Origin: an uncultured Nitrospirales bacterium
Lineage (GTDB): Bacteria; Hydrogenedentota; Hydrogenedentia; Hydrogenedentales; JAGMZX01
NCBI GenBank assembly: GCA_964569295.1
Contig: CAZMVU010000001.1
Span: 84,559 to 148,558, forward strand
Reading direction: 5' to 3'
DNA length: 64,000 nt
Positions 24,664-34,394 of this stretch are shown here, in pieces. A program made the position numbers and the translations under genes. The stretch's first letter is position 1; each line of letters starts with the position of its first letter. The notes below the pieces were generated by a model, which was given only the letters and a program-made list of their open reading frames with translations, was not told the DNA's origin and made no database searches.

Positions 24664-24789
24664 GTGAGCCTCCCGAAAAACATACCTACCGTTCGTTAAG
24701 GCGGCTGCATTCTAGCGCATGCGCCCCCGTTTTGCAACCTGCCACCCCATTGTTCCTTTATGGAGCGTTCCGGAAGACACAACGCCGGC

Positions 24790-26664
24790 CTATAGGAAAT
24801 CGTGGCCTTCCGCTTGCCCGGCGCTCGCCTGGATAATGCCCATATACGACTTGAAATCGGCCGGCAGACGGTCAGGTGTCGCGAACAACTGCATCAGCAC
24901 GACGGCATCGTAGGGCAGGTCGAGCGCTTGGGCGGCGGCCATCATGATGACCCGCTCTTCTTCGCTGAAATCCGCCTGGGTACGCACGAGTCCGCCGAGC
25001 ACCTGTTTCACCATGGCCTGCAATTCGGTTTCATTCAGTCGTTCTACGAGCTGGGTCACCTGCGCGGCCATAGGCAGGTCATCGCCGGCGCTTGCGAGTG
25101 CGGTCTTGGCCATGGGCACCACGCCATTGAGTCCCTCATCGATCTTTTCCCACTCGGCAAGGAGGGCATCGCGCTGGGCGGCCGTAGTCTCAGTGGCCTT
25201 CGAATAGGTGGTCTCGTATTTCGCCAGCGTGGGGATATCTTTCCATGCCGGGCGGTCCCCGTCTTCGAGGGGCAGGTAGTGCTCAGCAAACCACTTCGCC
25301 GTGAGGGGGCCGTAAAAGTTGACCTGGCTCTCGACTTCCGCGGCGAAGAAGCCGGTAATTGTCGGGAACAAACCAAGGTAGTCGTTGGCGTGGCTGGCGA
25401 GAAAGAGTTGTTCTTTGCCAGCGGTCAATGCCTTAACCCGCAACAGCACGCCAATCTGCGCGGCCGCCGACCCCGGGGCTGTCACAAACACGCTGCTCCC
25501 GAGATGGACTTCATGCAGAACCGTTTCCTCGGGCACCAACCCGGACAGCAGCGTTGGCGGCAAAGGGGTTCGCCGTGGCGTGACCAACAGGGACACGGTT
25601 TCCCGGGCTGGCGCCTCTTCGAGCGCCGCCAATGCCGCCTTGGCCAGGGTTTGGCCGGCGGCCTCCTCCCCCTGCTCGAAATCCGGCTCGGTATCGCCGG
25701 CCGCACCATTGATGAACAGTACGGGCAGTTCTTGCGCCGCACTGTCACGCAGATGTGCGGCGAGTCCCCCCGGTGCCCTCCGGCCGGACGTGCCCGCCCC
25801 GGGCTCAAGCACCACGCCATACAGCGGGTAGTTCACGAGGTAAGCCACGGGAACGCCTTCGGGCGAGGCCACGGCAAGCACATTGAGCGTGTTGTCAATC
25901 GAGGCCTCGGGTCCGAAGCGGCTTTCGTGGAGATCGGCCAATTGGGTCTCCGCCATTTGTAGTTGCGCGGGCGCCAGTTGTTCCTCCGCGGTCCGTAACG
26001 CTTCGGCGGCCACGCTTGTCACCCGCTGCGCTGCTTCGGCTACGTAGTCGCCCAGAAACGTTTGCTGCAATTCCCCTTTAAGGATGCCCTGCTGCGCTTG
26101 GGTGACGCCGCCGGTGGCTGCCACGATCAGGTTGTCCCGCGTGAGTTTGGAGCCAGCACCCGCCAGATTGTCCGCGATGCGATCGACCAGAGGCGCGTCC
26201 ACGGCTGCGAGATCAAGTGATACAACACCCACCATGTGCTCGCCCGCGCGCAACACCAGGGCGTTTGCCTCGAGGCCTTCGCGTCCGGCACGCAGCAGAT
26301 CAGTGGTGGCCGCGCCTGCCTGTACTGGGGCGGGTTCGGGCATATCCACGGCTACAGGCATGGTTTCCGCAGGCGGTTCCACGGCGGTGGGTTCCGGGGA
26401 TTCAGAGACTTCCGCCGCGGGTTCTTCTTCTTCTTCTTCTTCTTCCGGTGGGGGAGCATCACCTATCTGCACATTTCCCGGCGGCACATCTTCCTTTTCT
26501 ACCGACATGGCCTTTCCGTCATTGGTGCGCCAGTAATAGCGTGTACCCGAGTCGATTATCTCGACATCCCGGTAGGTGACGCCATCCACGGTAATGGTGT
26601 CGGCAGATACCACGGTCATAAAGGCCAGGAACAGGGTCAGCAGCAGCGGTGGTATGTTACGCAT
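24790..26664 (-). CDS. Secreted hypothetical protein with a poly-Glu linker; weak resemblance to neutral/alkaline ceramidase-like hydrolases
   Basis: Signal peptide 'MRNIPPLLLTLFLAFMTVVSA', 'EEEEEEEE' low-complexity segment; 'FINGAAGDTEP' is loosely ceramidase-like (tentative). Confidence 0.4.
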   Translation of the reverse strand: MRNIPPLLLTLFLAFMTVVSADTITVDGVTYRDVEIIDSGTRYYWRTNDGKAMSVEKEDVPPGNVQIGDAPPPEEEEEEEEPAAEVSESPEPTAVEPPAETMPVAVDMPEPAPVQAGAATTDLLRAGREGLEANALVLRAGEHMVGVVSLDLAAVDAPLVDRIADNLAGAGSKLTRDNLIVAATGGVTQAQQGILKGELQQTFLGDYVAEAAQRVTSVAAEALRTAEEQLAPAQLQMAETQLADLHESRFGPEASIDNTLNVLAVASPEGVPVAYLVNYPLYGVVLEPGAGTSGRRAPGGLAAHLRDSAAQELPVLFINGAAGDTEPDFEQGEEAAGQTLAKAALAALEEAPARETVSLLVTPRRTPLPPTLLSGLVPEETVLHEVHLGSSVFVTAPGSAAAQIGVLLRVKALTAGKEQLFLASHANDYLGLFPTITGFFAAEVESQVNFYGPLTAKWFAEHYLPLEDGDRPAWKDIPTLAKYETTYSKATETTAAQRDALLAEWEKIDEGLNGVVPMAKTALASAGDDLPMAAQVTQLVERLNETELQAMVKQVLGGLVRTQADFSEEERVIMMAAAQALDLPYDAVVLMQLFATPDRLPADFKSYMGIIQASAGQAEGHDFL

Positions 26665-26913
26665 GGTCCTCTCCTTCGCGACGTAAACTTGCGCGGGGTA
26701 AGCACAACGCCTCTCCGCCCACAGCGCATGGGACATCAAGCATAAGTAGGACTAAGGCCCCTGTCAACCCGCCCAGGCGGGGAACGAAAATCCGCCGGTA
26801 GCCGCCTTTCGTGGAATGCGGCCGGCAGGACGCGTCGCCGCGCGCCGGTCCGCGCTCAGGAGTGCGAAAGAGGCCAACGTTACTCCCGTTCGTCTTGATG
26901 GGGGGGAGCAAGA

Positions 26914-27987
26914 TTGACGCCGCGCATCGCAACCGGCACAATGCTGTCCATGACACCCCCAGGCAAGAAAGGACGCAAGAAAGGCCCCGTGCAACCGGCC
27001 GGCCATAAGGCGCGCATCGATAAGGGGCCGCAGGTGCGCTGGACAGGATTCCGGCCGTTTGTGGATGCGGCAGGGAATCCGCTGCCGCGTCATTATAATC
27101 TCGAGACACTGGCGACGGCGACGGAATTCCGGATAGAACAGGGGGACCGGTTCATTCTTCCGAGTATCCAGCGCGTACTGGGGCCGGCCCATGTGAATTC
27201 GCTGGTTTTTGACCTGGTACGCGAGAGCGCTGAGCGGCTCGTGTTTCGCATGCGTGCGGGCAACGCACGGCGCAAATCGGGCACGTTCGCCTATGTGGCG
27301 GCGAAGGACAGCCAGGGGCATAGCAAGACACTGCAAGAGGAACACCGTCTGCTGGGCATTGTGTATGGGCGCGCGCCGAAGTATGTGGTAAAGCCTTTTC
27401 TCGGCGGCACGATCTATATGCCGGATCGGCACGGGCGGGCGCGCGCAGAACGCGAAATCTTCGCGTACATTACCGCCTGGCCCGGCGCGGGGTATCCGCT
27501 TGCCCTCTCCCCCACGCTCCAGTTCGTGATGCAGGGCCCAAAGCCGCACACACTCACCCGGCAGCAGACGGAGCAGGTGAAGGTGCGTATTGTCGAAATT
27601 ATGGCCGCCACGTACAGCGCGCAATACGCGGAAGCCATTGATATTCCGGACTTCGAGGCGGGCCATATACTGGCTACCATGCCTGACAAAGGACTCAAGG
27701 TGTCGCTTGTCGGCTGCCGGAAACTTCTGAGGCGGCTCACGCCGGCGAAGTACGTGGACCGCATGATCACCGCGACGCGGAAAATCGGTGGCGTCCCCCT
27801 GCATGTCGCACCGGAGGACCCCGGCCTGTTGCTCACCGGCCTGCGGCGCGCATTGGGCAAGGAAGAATCGTGCCGCTGGCTACGCCAGTACCTGGACGCC
27901 GTACACGCGGGCGCACTCAAGGCGAAGGCGCCGGCCTATGTCGAGGCCATCGAAAGGTTGAATCTGCCGCCGGACATGGCGCATTAG
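26914..27987 (+). CDS. Hypothetical protein (357 aa), no family recognised
   Basis: Long ORF with good coding character and a basic N-terminus; divergent from gene 24790-26664. Confidence 0.4.
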   Translation: MTPRIATGTMLSMTPPGKKGRKKGPVQPAGHKARIDKGPQVRWTGFRPFVDAAGNPLPRHYNLETLATATEFRIEQGDRFILPSIQRVLGPAHVNSLVFDLVRESAERLVFRMRAGNARRKSGTFAYVAAKDSQGHSKTLQEEHRLLGIVYGRAPKYVVKPFLGGTIYMPDRHGRARAEREIFAYITAWPGAGYPLALSPTLQFVMQGPKPHTLTRQQTEQVKVRIVEIMAATYSAQYAEAIDIPDFEAGHILATMPDKGLKVSLVGCRKLLRRLTPAKYVDRMITATRKIGGVPLHVAPEDPGLLLTGLRRALGKEESCRWLRQYLDAVHAGALKAKAPAYVEAIERLNLPPDMAH

Positions 27988-28029
27988 CCCGGTGGCAATA
28001 CGCGCCGGGATATACTTCGGAGGGGATGT

Positions 28030-28866
28030 ATGGAATTCATGAGAACGTTTGCAGGTATCGTGACCGCGCTATTCGCCGCCGTGCCGGTGCTTGCGGACGC
28101 GCCGGATCCCATCCGCGTGGTGAGTTACAACATCCATCACGGCGAGGGGACGGACGGCCGTGTCGATCTTCAACGCATCGCGGGCGTCATCGAAGCCCTC
28201 GCGCCCGATGTGGTTTGTCTGCAAGAGGTGGACCGGGGCATGCCGCGCACAAACAAACGCGATATGCCGGCGGAACTGGCCGAACTGCTCGATATGCAGC
28301 CGGTATACGGGCCGAATCTCATTCGGGGCGACGCCCATTACGGCAACCTCACGCTGACCCGGCTTGAAGTCGAGGAACACGAAAACATCGCACTGCCCAA
28401 AGCGCCCAAGGACAAATTGGACGCCGAGGCACAAGCGCGGGAACCGCGGGGCGCATTGCGTGTACGGGTGCAGGCAGACAAACATACCCTCGACGTGTGG
28501 AACACACACTGGGGTCTGGCATCCGATGAACGTGCCGCCCAGGGCCAGGCCATGGCGGCGGCCATCCGGGCACGGCGAAACGAACCGGTTATTGCCGTGG
28601 GGGATTTCAACGAAGAGCGGGGGGCGGGCCTGGCAATGCTGGAGTCCTTTCTTCGCTGCGTGGACCTGGGCAAACGGGGTTCCTTTCCCGCTTCGGAGCC
28701 ATTGCGCATGATCGACCATATCTGGCACAGCGAGTCCCTTACGGCCATGGATGCGGGCATCAGCTCGCACCCGGAAACCCACGTGGCCTCGGACCACCTG
28801 CCCATCTGGGCGGTGATCGCACTGCCGACTAACAACGCCCCGGGAGAAACGGACGATGCCGGTTAG
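28030..28866 (+). CDS. Endonuclease/exonuclease/phosphatase (EEP)-family protein, secreted
   Basis: Signal peptide; 'VVSYNIHHGEG', 'VVCLQEVD', C-terminal 'SDHLPIW' EEP motifs. Confidence 0.8.
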   Translation: MEFMRTFAGIVTALFAAVPVLADAPDPIRVVSYNIHHGEGTDGRVDLQRIAGVIEALAPDVVCLQEVDRGMPRTNKRDMPAELAELLDMQPVYGPNLIRGDAHYGNLTLTRLEVEEHENIALPKAPKDKLDAEAQAREPRGALRVRVQADKHTLDVWNTHWGLASDERAAQGQAMAAAIRARRNEPVIAVGDFNEERGAGLAMLESFLRCVDLGKRGSFPASEPLRMIDHIWHSESLTAMDAGISSHPETHVASDHLPIWAVIALPTNNAPGETDDAG

Positions 28867-29755
28867 AACTATTGCATGCTTCGCCTCTTTTTGTGCAATT
28901 GCCATGGCGTTCTTGCCATGTGCCGCAGGGGCCGCGGAAGAACCGGACTGGCCAAAGCCGGCAAAACTGTTGTGGGAAGACGCCGCGCCGGGTGCAAAAG
29001 GCGACAGCACGGCCGATGTGCCGGTCTTGTATCCCTATCCGGTGCGTGAAAAGGATGCTACGGGCGTAGCGGTTATCGTGACCCCGGGCGGAGGCTACGG
29101 TCACCTCGCATTGGACCACGAGGGGGCTCAAATCGCGTGCTGGCTCAATGAGCACGGCATCGTCGCGTATGTGCTGCGCTACCGGCACGCCCCGGCGTAT
29201 CAGCATCCGTATCCGAAGATGGACGTTCAGCGGGCCATACGCACGGTTCGGCATATGGCGAAAGACAGCCATGGCGCCATCGAACGGATTGGCGTGATTG
29301 GCTTTTCGGCTGGCGGCCACCTCACTGCAACGGCGGCCACCCAATTCGACAGCGGCAATCCGGCTGCCGGCGACCCGGTGGAACGCGAATCTTCCCGGCC
29401 GGATTTCGTCATCCTCGGCTACCCGGTTATCACGATGACCGGCCGGTACACACACAAAGGCTCGCGCCGCAATCTCCTCGGCGAAGCCCCGGCCGATGAC
29501 ATGATCGTGGCCATGTCGGCGGAAAAGCATGTTACCGAAAACACGCCGCCGGCGTTCCTGTTCAGCGCGGGTGACGATAAGGTGGTCCCGGTGGAGAACA
29601 GCCTCATGTTCTACCAGGCGCTGGTGGCGGCGGGCGTGCCGGCGGAAATGCACTTGTTCAAGTCGGGACCGCACGGCTTCGGCCTCGGCAAAGACGACCC
29701 CGCCCTTTCGGCATGGCCCGGCCTCTGTATCGCCTGGATACTCGGGGATTCATGA
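28856..29755 (+). CDS. Secreted alpha/beta-hydrolase (esterase/lipase-type)
   Basis: Signal peptide; 'HGGG'-like oxyanion 'VTPGGGYGH', nucleophile 'GFSAGGHL'; 11-nt overlap with the EEP gene. Confidence 0.8.
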   Translation: MPVRTIACFASFCAIAMAFLPCAAGAAEEPDWPKPAKLLWEDAAPGAKGDSTADVPVLYPYPVREKDATGVAVIVTPGGGYGHLALDHEGAQIACWLNEHGIVAYVLRYRHAPAYQHPYPKMDVQRAIRTVRHMAKDSHGAIERIGVIGFSAGGHLTATAATQFDSGNPAAGDPVERESSRPDFVILGYPVITMTGRYTHKGSRRNLLGEAPADDMIVAMSAEKHVTENTPPAFLFSAGDDKVVPVENSLMFYQALVAAGVPAEMHLFKSGPHGFGLGKDDPALSAWPGLCIAWILGDS

Positions 29756-29773
29756 ACAAGGGTATATTACGAA

Positions 29774-29802
29774 GAGAGGACGTTGGGGGCAATGCCCCTC
29801 TC
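29774..29802. terminator. Hairpin at convergent gene junction (core GACGTTGGGGGCAA)
   Basis: 'GAGAGGACGTTGGGGGCAATGCCCCTCTC' inverted repeat. Confidence 0.35.
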
Positions 29803-29806
29803 GCAC

Positions 29807-31258
29807 CTAGCCCATGGCCCATTCAACGGCACGATAGGCGCCGTCGAAGATGCCGGCGTCACGCAGTTTCGGGATACGTTCGCAGGCCATGCGGATAAAG
29901 TCATCCTCCTCGGCCACAAGGCGCAGGAGCTGTGCTGTTTGGGGCCAATCCTCGCATTCCGGCGTGCCATAGCCGAGTTCCGCCGCACGGATGGCGCCCC
30001 ACGCTTCATGTGCACCGACGCGTTTCAGGAGCACTGTGGGTATTGGGTAAAAAGCGAGTTCACTCGGCTTCGTGAGAAGGACGTCGCACGCGCGCATCAA
30101 TACGTTCGTGGTGTATACCGCGGCGAAGGTGTCTTCGTGCAGGAAGGCGTGCAGCCCCGCGTCTCCCCCATCGATTGTGTCGGCCGCCGCCCGGCGCGTG
30201 TCTTCCCAGTTGCGATGCACCGTCGCCGCCTCGCCGAACTCCGGTACCACCTGCGCAATATGCTCGAAGAAGGCCGCGTGGTCACCGAAATTGACGAAAA
30301 GGGTTACAGCGCCATCGCGCACGTAGGGCAAAAGCGTGCGGATGATGCCGGTGTAGAGCTGCCGTTGGGCTCCCGCACCCCCCACGCTCAGGAGTATTCG
30401 CCGCGGTTTTTGGGCGTCCAGGCGGGCAATGCGCGCGGCACAGTCGGTCTCGGCATTGGCAACGAGATCGTGGTCCACATAGTGGCCAGCGAGTGCCAGG
30501 GCGTCCGGCGGCATCGCGTTGGGCCGAGCATGCTTGGGCCCCATGCCGGCGAGTGTGCGGAAACGTGTGTAGGCAGACGGCGTTTGCACCGTGTTGAGCG
30601 CGCCTTCCGCCGGGTGAAAGCCGAGGGGCCAGTTATCCGGGATAAGGTTCACCACGCGCTGCATGGCGCCATGTACGGCGCCGTGGGAACACCACGGGTG
30701 GGTACCGAGGAAGGGCATGGTCTTGGGCAGGCCGTGGTGCAGGTTCGCGAAGATGGCGCACACCTCGCGAATAGGGTAGTTCTTTTCGAGGCGGCGGTAG
30801 GCCGAGCCCATGAGCGGCTCCCACACAAACCGGTTGAACACACGCGACTGCTGCGATAAGCGCGACCCCAGCGAGTACCAGAAGTCGAGATCATGGATCA
30901 TGCGTGCGCCGGGCGCGTCGAACCCCAACAGATCAAACCAGTAAGGTGTGCGGCCGAGGGCGTGCGCCGCGGACGCCACTGCCATGGCGATGCGGTAGTG
31001 GCCGTAACCCATGCGGATAGTGCCAATGAGCACCCCATTCCCGGGGTCCAGTGGTTCGCCCGGCGCATTCGCCACCACGTTGCGCACGCCCAGCGCCGGC
31101 CCCAGCACCGGATTCTCCACGGCGGCCATGGCGTATTGCGTGTCCGGGTCATAACCGTACTTCCGCAGGTACCGCGTGCGCATACGCTGTGCCTTGCGCA
31201 CTATCTTCGGCGAAACGGGATTCCCCAGAAACATGACAGGCTGGCTGTCTTCGATCAT
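29807..31258 (-). CDS. GT-B glycosyltransferase, MGDG-synthase/UgtP-like (GT28-like) candidate
   Basis: N-terminal 'GYGHYRIAMAVASAAHAL' resembles the G-GH..A.A motif of MGDG synthases; C-terminal 'LLSVGGAGAQ'; start taken at Met 'MIEDSQP'. Confidence 0.45.
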   Translation of the reverse strand: MIEDSQPVMFLGNPVSPKIVRKAQRMRTRYLRKYGYDPDTQYAMAAVENPVLGPALGVRNVVANAPGEPLDPGNGVLIGTIRMGYGHYRIAMAVASAAHALGRTPYWFDLLGFDAPGARMIHDLDFWYSLGSRLSQQSRVFNRFVWEPLMGSAYRRLEKNYPIREVCAIFANLHHGLPKTMPFLGTHPWCSHGAVHGAMQRVVNLIPDNWPLGFHPAEGALNTVQTPSAYTRFRTLAGMGPKHARPNAMPPDALALAGHYVDHDLVANAETDCAARIARLDAQKPRRILLSVGGAGAQRQLYTGIIRTLLPYVRDGAVTLFVNFGDHAAFFEHIAQVVPEFGEAATVHRNWEDTRRAAADTIDGGDAGLHAFLHEDTFAAVYTTNVLMRACDVLLTKPSELAFYPIPTVLLKRVGAHEAWGAIRAAELGYGTPECEDWPQTAQLLRLVAEEDDFIRMACERIPKLRDAGIFDGAYRAVEWAMG

Positions 31259-31410
31259 GGCAAGCTTGTCCCCTCTCAGTGTCAGGATACAAATACGGGA
31301 CACAATAGCACGCCCCGTGCTCCATACCCCACCCGCAGGTGGTGCCGGGGCCTGCCTTTTCGCTACGCTGTTGCGCAAACGCGCACCGCGCAAAAAGTCG
31401 TACCATCATC

Positions 31411-32661
31411 ATGAAGCTCGCATTCGTAGACCTGCTTTTCTCCTGGCCGCCCCATGGCGGGGCGAATGTCGATCTGTATCATGTCTTGTCCGGGTTGCAG
31501 GCTGCGGGTCTGGAAGTGCATCTGGTCGGCGTAGCGCCGCCGGACTCGGTGGTGCACGGCGCCTTCTCGCCGCACGCGCTGCCGTTTCCCGCCACGCGGC
31601 TCACATTTTCGCCGCGGCAATACAACCGGCGCTATGTACCGGAACGGATTCGGACGACGGTCGATGGTATCGCGCCGGATGCCGTGGTGGTGGCGGATGG
31701 CTTTTTTCTGAAGCCCTACGTGTGCCGCGCGCTGATGCACTACCCGGTGGTCTCGCGCTTCTACGCTTACGAAGCCATATGCCACAAAGACATCTTGCAT
31801 TATAAAGACGGGGCGCCGTGCCTCCTCAATTATCTTGAAACGCCGGAGGCGTGCCGCCGATGCGCGCTCACACACGTGGGGCCAGCCATCCGCGCAGGTT
31901 TCCCCGATGCCTGGACGCGCGCGTATGTGGCGGCACACGCCTACGCCCCGGCGTATCACGCGTTGCAACGCAACTGCCTGCGCAAACTCACGGCCGCGGT
32001 CGTCTACAATGACCTCGCCCGCCAGCAGATAGCAGATCACTGCCCGCAGGTCTTTGTGTTTCCCGGCGGCGTCGACGCGGAATGGTTTGCGTATACACCC
32101 CCGCCGGAACGCGCGCCGCGGGAAGGCAAGGTTATCCTCATGACCGGCCGCGCGGAGGACCCTGTAAAGGGGTTGGATGTGTTGCTGGCAGCGGGAGAAC
32201 GCCTGTGGCGGGACCGGCGGGATTTCGTTATCTGGTCTACGCTGCCCGAAGACGTGCCGGCGGCGCCATGGTTCCGCCCTGTCGGGTGGCGTGACCATGC
32301 CGCAACGGCGGCGCTCTATCGCCAGGCGGATGTGGTTGTCGTACCGTCGGTATGGGACGAGCCATTCGGCTTGACGGCCCTCGAGGCCATGGCCAGCGGA
32401 CGGCCTGTGTGTGCCAGCCGGGTAGGCGGCCTCTGCCAGACCGTGCGTCACCTGGAGAGCGGCTTTCTGTTTCCGCGCGGCGATGCGGAGGAACTGGCGA
32501 AACAGCTTGCGCTGCTGCTCGACAATGCGCCCATGCGGCGGGACATGGGCCGGGCCGGACGTGCGGTGGTGGAAGCGGAATATACCTGGCCCAATGTCAT
32601 CGCGCAGCATTACACGCGCCTGCTCGCCTTTCTTGCGGCTGAAACCCCGGCAGAGACTTGA
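31411..32661 (+). CDS. GT4-family glycosyltransferase (paralog 1)
   Basis: 'FSWPPHGGA' N-terminal motif, EX7E region 'SVWDEPFGLTALEAMASGRPV'. Confidence 0.85.
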   Translation: MKLAFVDLLFSWPPHGGANVDLYHVLSGLQAAGLEVHLVGVAPPDSVVHGAFSPHALPFPATRLTFSPRQYNRRYVPERIRTTVDGIAPDAVVVADGFFLKPYVCRALMHYPVVSRFYAYEAICHKDILHYKDGAPCLLNYLETPEACRRCALTHVGPAIRAGFPDAWTRAYVAAHAYAPAYHALQRNCLRKLTAAVVYNDLARQQIADHCPQVFVFPGGVDAEWFAYTPPPERAPREGKVILMTGRAEDPVKGLDVLLAAGERLWRDRRDFVIWSTLPEDVPAAPWFRPVGWRDHAATAALYRQADVVVVPSVWDEPFGLTALEAMASGRPVCASRVGGLCQTVRHLESGFLFPRGDAEELAKQLALLLDNAPMRRDMGRAGRAVVEAEYTWPNVIAQHYTRLLAFLAAETPAET

Positions 32662-32664
32662 GCC

Positions 32665-33891
32665 ATGCGCATTGCATTTGTCGACCTCATTTTCTCGTGG
32701 CCGCCAAACGGCGGCGCGGATGTGCATGTTTTCGAGGTGCTGCGCCATTTACAGGCCGCCGGACACGACGTACACTTGTTTGTGGTACATCAGCCCGGTT
32801 CCTTTGAGCGCGGCCGTATAGCCCCCGATACGCTTCCCTTCCCGGTCACCCGTATCGACGCGACCCTGCACGCTCTCGCGCCCGAGCGGCTGTGTCCGCG
32901 GTTGCGCGCTGCAGTGGATGCCTTTGCGCCGCGGGCCGTGTTCGTCACCCATGGCTACACGCTGAAGCCCTATGTCCTCGAGACCTTCGCCGACTACCCG
33001 CTCGTGAGCCGCTATTACGCCCACGAAGCCGCCTGCGCCCGCGATCCCCTGCGCTTCAAAGCAGGCGCCCCTTGCCCATGCCATGCGCTACGCACCGTGC
33101 AGGTATGCCGCGAATGTGCGGTGGAGTCGCAGCGGGAAGCCCTGGTTTCCTGGCAACTCGCCACTTGGCAGCGGGACTACCTGGCCGCGAAGGCCTACGC
33201 CCCTGCGTATGCCGCGCGCGCACGGCAAGCCCTCCAATGTGCGCATGTGCTGGTGGTCAGCAACGCCGCTCAACGCGCGGCCTTTGCGCCCTTCCATCCG
33301 CGCATCGAGGTCATACCGGGCGGGGTTGACGTGGCGGCCTACACCCCGGCTCCCTTGCCGCACGCCGCGAAGAAGGTGGTGTTCATGGCTGGGCGGGGCG
33401 AAGCGCCCACGAAAGGGCTCTCCGTGCTGCTTGACGCGGCGAATCGTTTGCGCCAACACCGTGACGACTTCCTCGTGCGGGCGACGCACTTCGACCCGAT
33501 GCAGTCGCGGCCCGGCTTCGATTCCATCGGCTGGCGCACGGGCGAGGAAATGCGCGCGCTCTACGCCGACAGTTACATGGTGGCAGTACCCTCAGTGTGG
33601 GAGGAGCCCTTCGGGCTCGTGGCCGTCGAGGCCATGGCTACGGGGCGCCCCGTGCTAGCGTCGCAAACGGGCGGCTTGCAGGACATCGTGCGTCACGGTG
33701 AAACCGGGCTGCTCGTGCCGCCCGGCGACGCGGAAGCGTGGGCCGGGGCGCTCGAGGCGCTCCTGGACAATCCGGCATTGGCACGGCGTATGGGCGCGGC
33801 AGGCCGTGCCATGGTTGAAGCGGAGTACGACTGGCACGTTATCATCGAGCGGCATCTTACGCCCCTACTCGAAAGTTTATGCCATGAATAA
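32665..33891 (+). CDS. GT4-family glycosyltransferase (paralog 2)
   Basis: Same architecture and N-terminal motif 'FSWPPNGGA' as the upstream gene; 'SVWEEPFGLVAVEAMATGRPV'. Confidence 0.85.
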   Translation: MRIAFVDLIFSWPPNGGADVHVFEVLRHLQAAGHDVHLFVVHQPGSFERGRIAPDTLPFPVTRIDATLHALAPERLCPRLRAAVDAFAPRAVFVTHGYTLKPYVLETFADYPLVSRYYAHEAACARDPLRFKAGAPCPCHALRTVQVCRECAVESQREALVSWQLATWQRDYLAAKAYAPAYAARARQALQCAHVLVVSNAAQRAAFAPFHPRIEVIPGGVDVAAYTPAPLPHAAKKVVFMAGRGEAPTKGLSVLLDAANRLRQHRDDFLVRATHFDPMQSRPGFDSIGWRTGEEMRALYADSYMVAVPSVWEEPFGLVAVEAMATGRPVLASQTGGLQDIVRHGETGLLVPPGDAEAWAGALEALLDNPALARRMGAAGRAMVEAEYDWHVIIERHLTPLLESLCHE

Positions 33892-34354
33892 ACCCGAACG
33901 GGTATGCGCCTTCTACAGTCACGGTCCCCACTTCCGCCGCCTTTTACGCGATCTGCGCAACCGTTATCCCGAGGCACGATTGACGGCGCTTGTGCCGCCG
34001 GGTTATCCGGAAGCGCACATCGCCGGCCTCGCCGATGAGATTGCACGCACGGAACAGACAAACTACAGCGCGCGCGACTGGAAAGGCATCCGCCGGTTGC
34101 TCAAGCAGATTCGTGCGGGCAACTGCGACGTGTTCGTGGTGATGTTCGACAGCCCCCGCCTGCGCATACTCAGCGCGCTTACCAGGGCACCCCGCCGCTA
34201 CTGCTACACGGCCGACGGCCGCTACTTCCGCGCGCGCTTGTCGTTGCTTGCGGCGCTTGGCAGCACCCTCTACCGGCGGATCCGGGGCCACCTCACCTAT
34301 GCCTGCATCCGCTGGGTGGTTTATCACCGGCCGGTGAAAGGGGACGGAGAATAG
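33884..34354 (+). CDS. Hypothetical protein (156 aa) translationally coupled to the second GT4 gene
   Basis: ATG 'MNKPERV' overlaps the GT4 stop by 8 nt; no family recognised. Confidence 0.4.
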   Translation: MNKPERVCAFYSHGPHFRRLLRDLRNRYPEARLTALVPPGYPEAHIAGLADEIARTEQTNYSARDWKGIRRLLKQIRAGNCDVFVVMFDSPRLRILSALTRAPRRYCYTADGRYFRARLSLLAALGSTLYRRIRGHLTYACIRWVVYHRPVKGDGE

Positions 34355-34394
34355 CGCCCATAGGACATTGGGCGGCAACGTTTCTCCCGCACCA

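Noticed and set aside
31363-32748. 461-aa minus-strand ORF antisense to the first GT4 gene
   Set aside because: Sense strand has the GT4 EX7E signature; the antisense product is Arg-rich low complexity, a GC-content artefact
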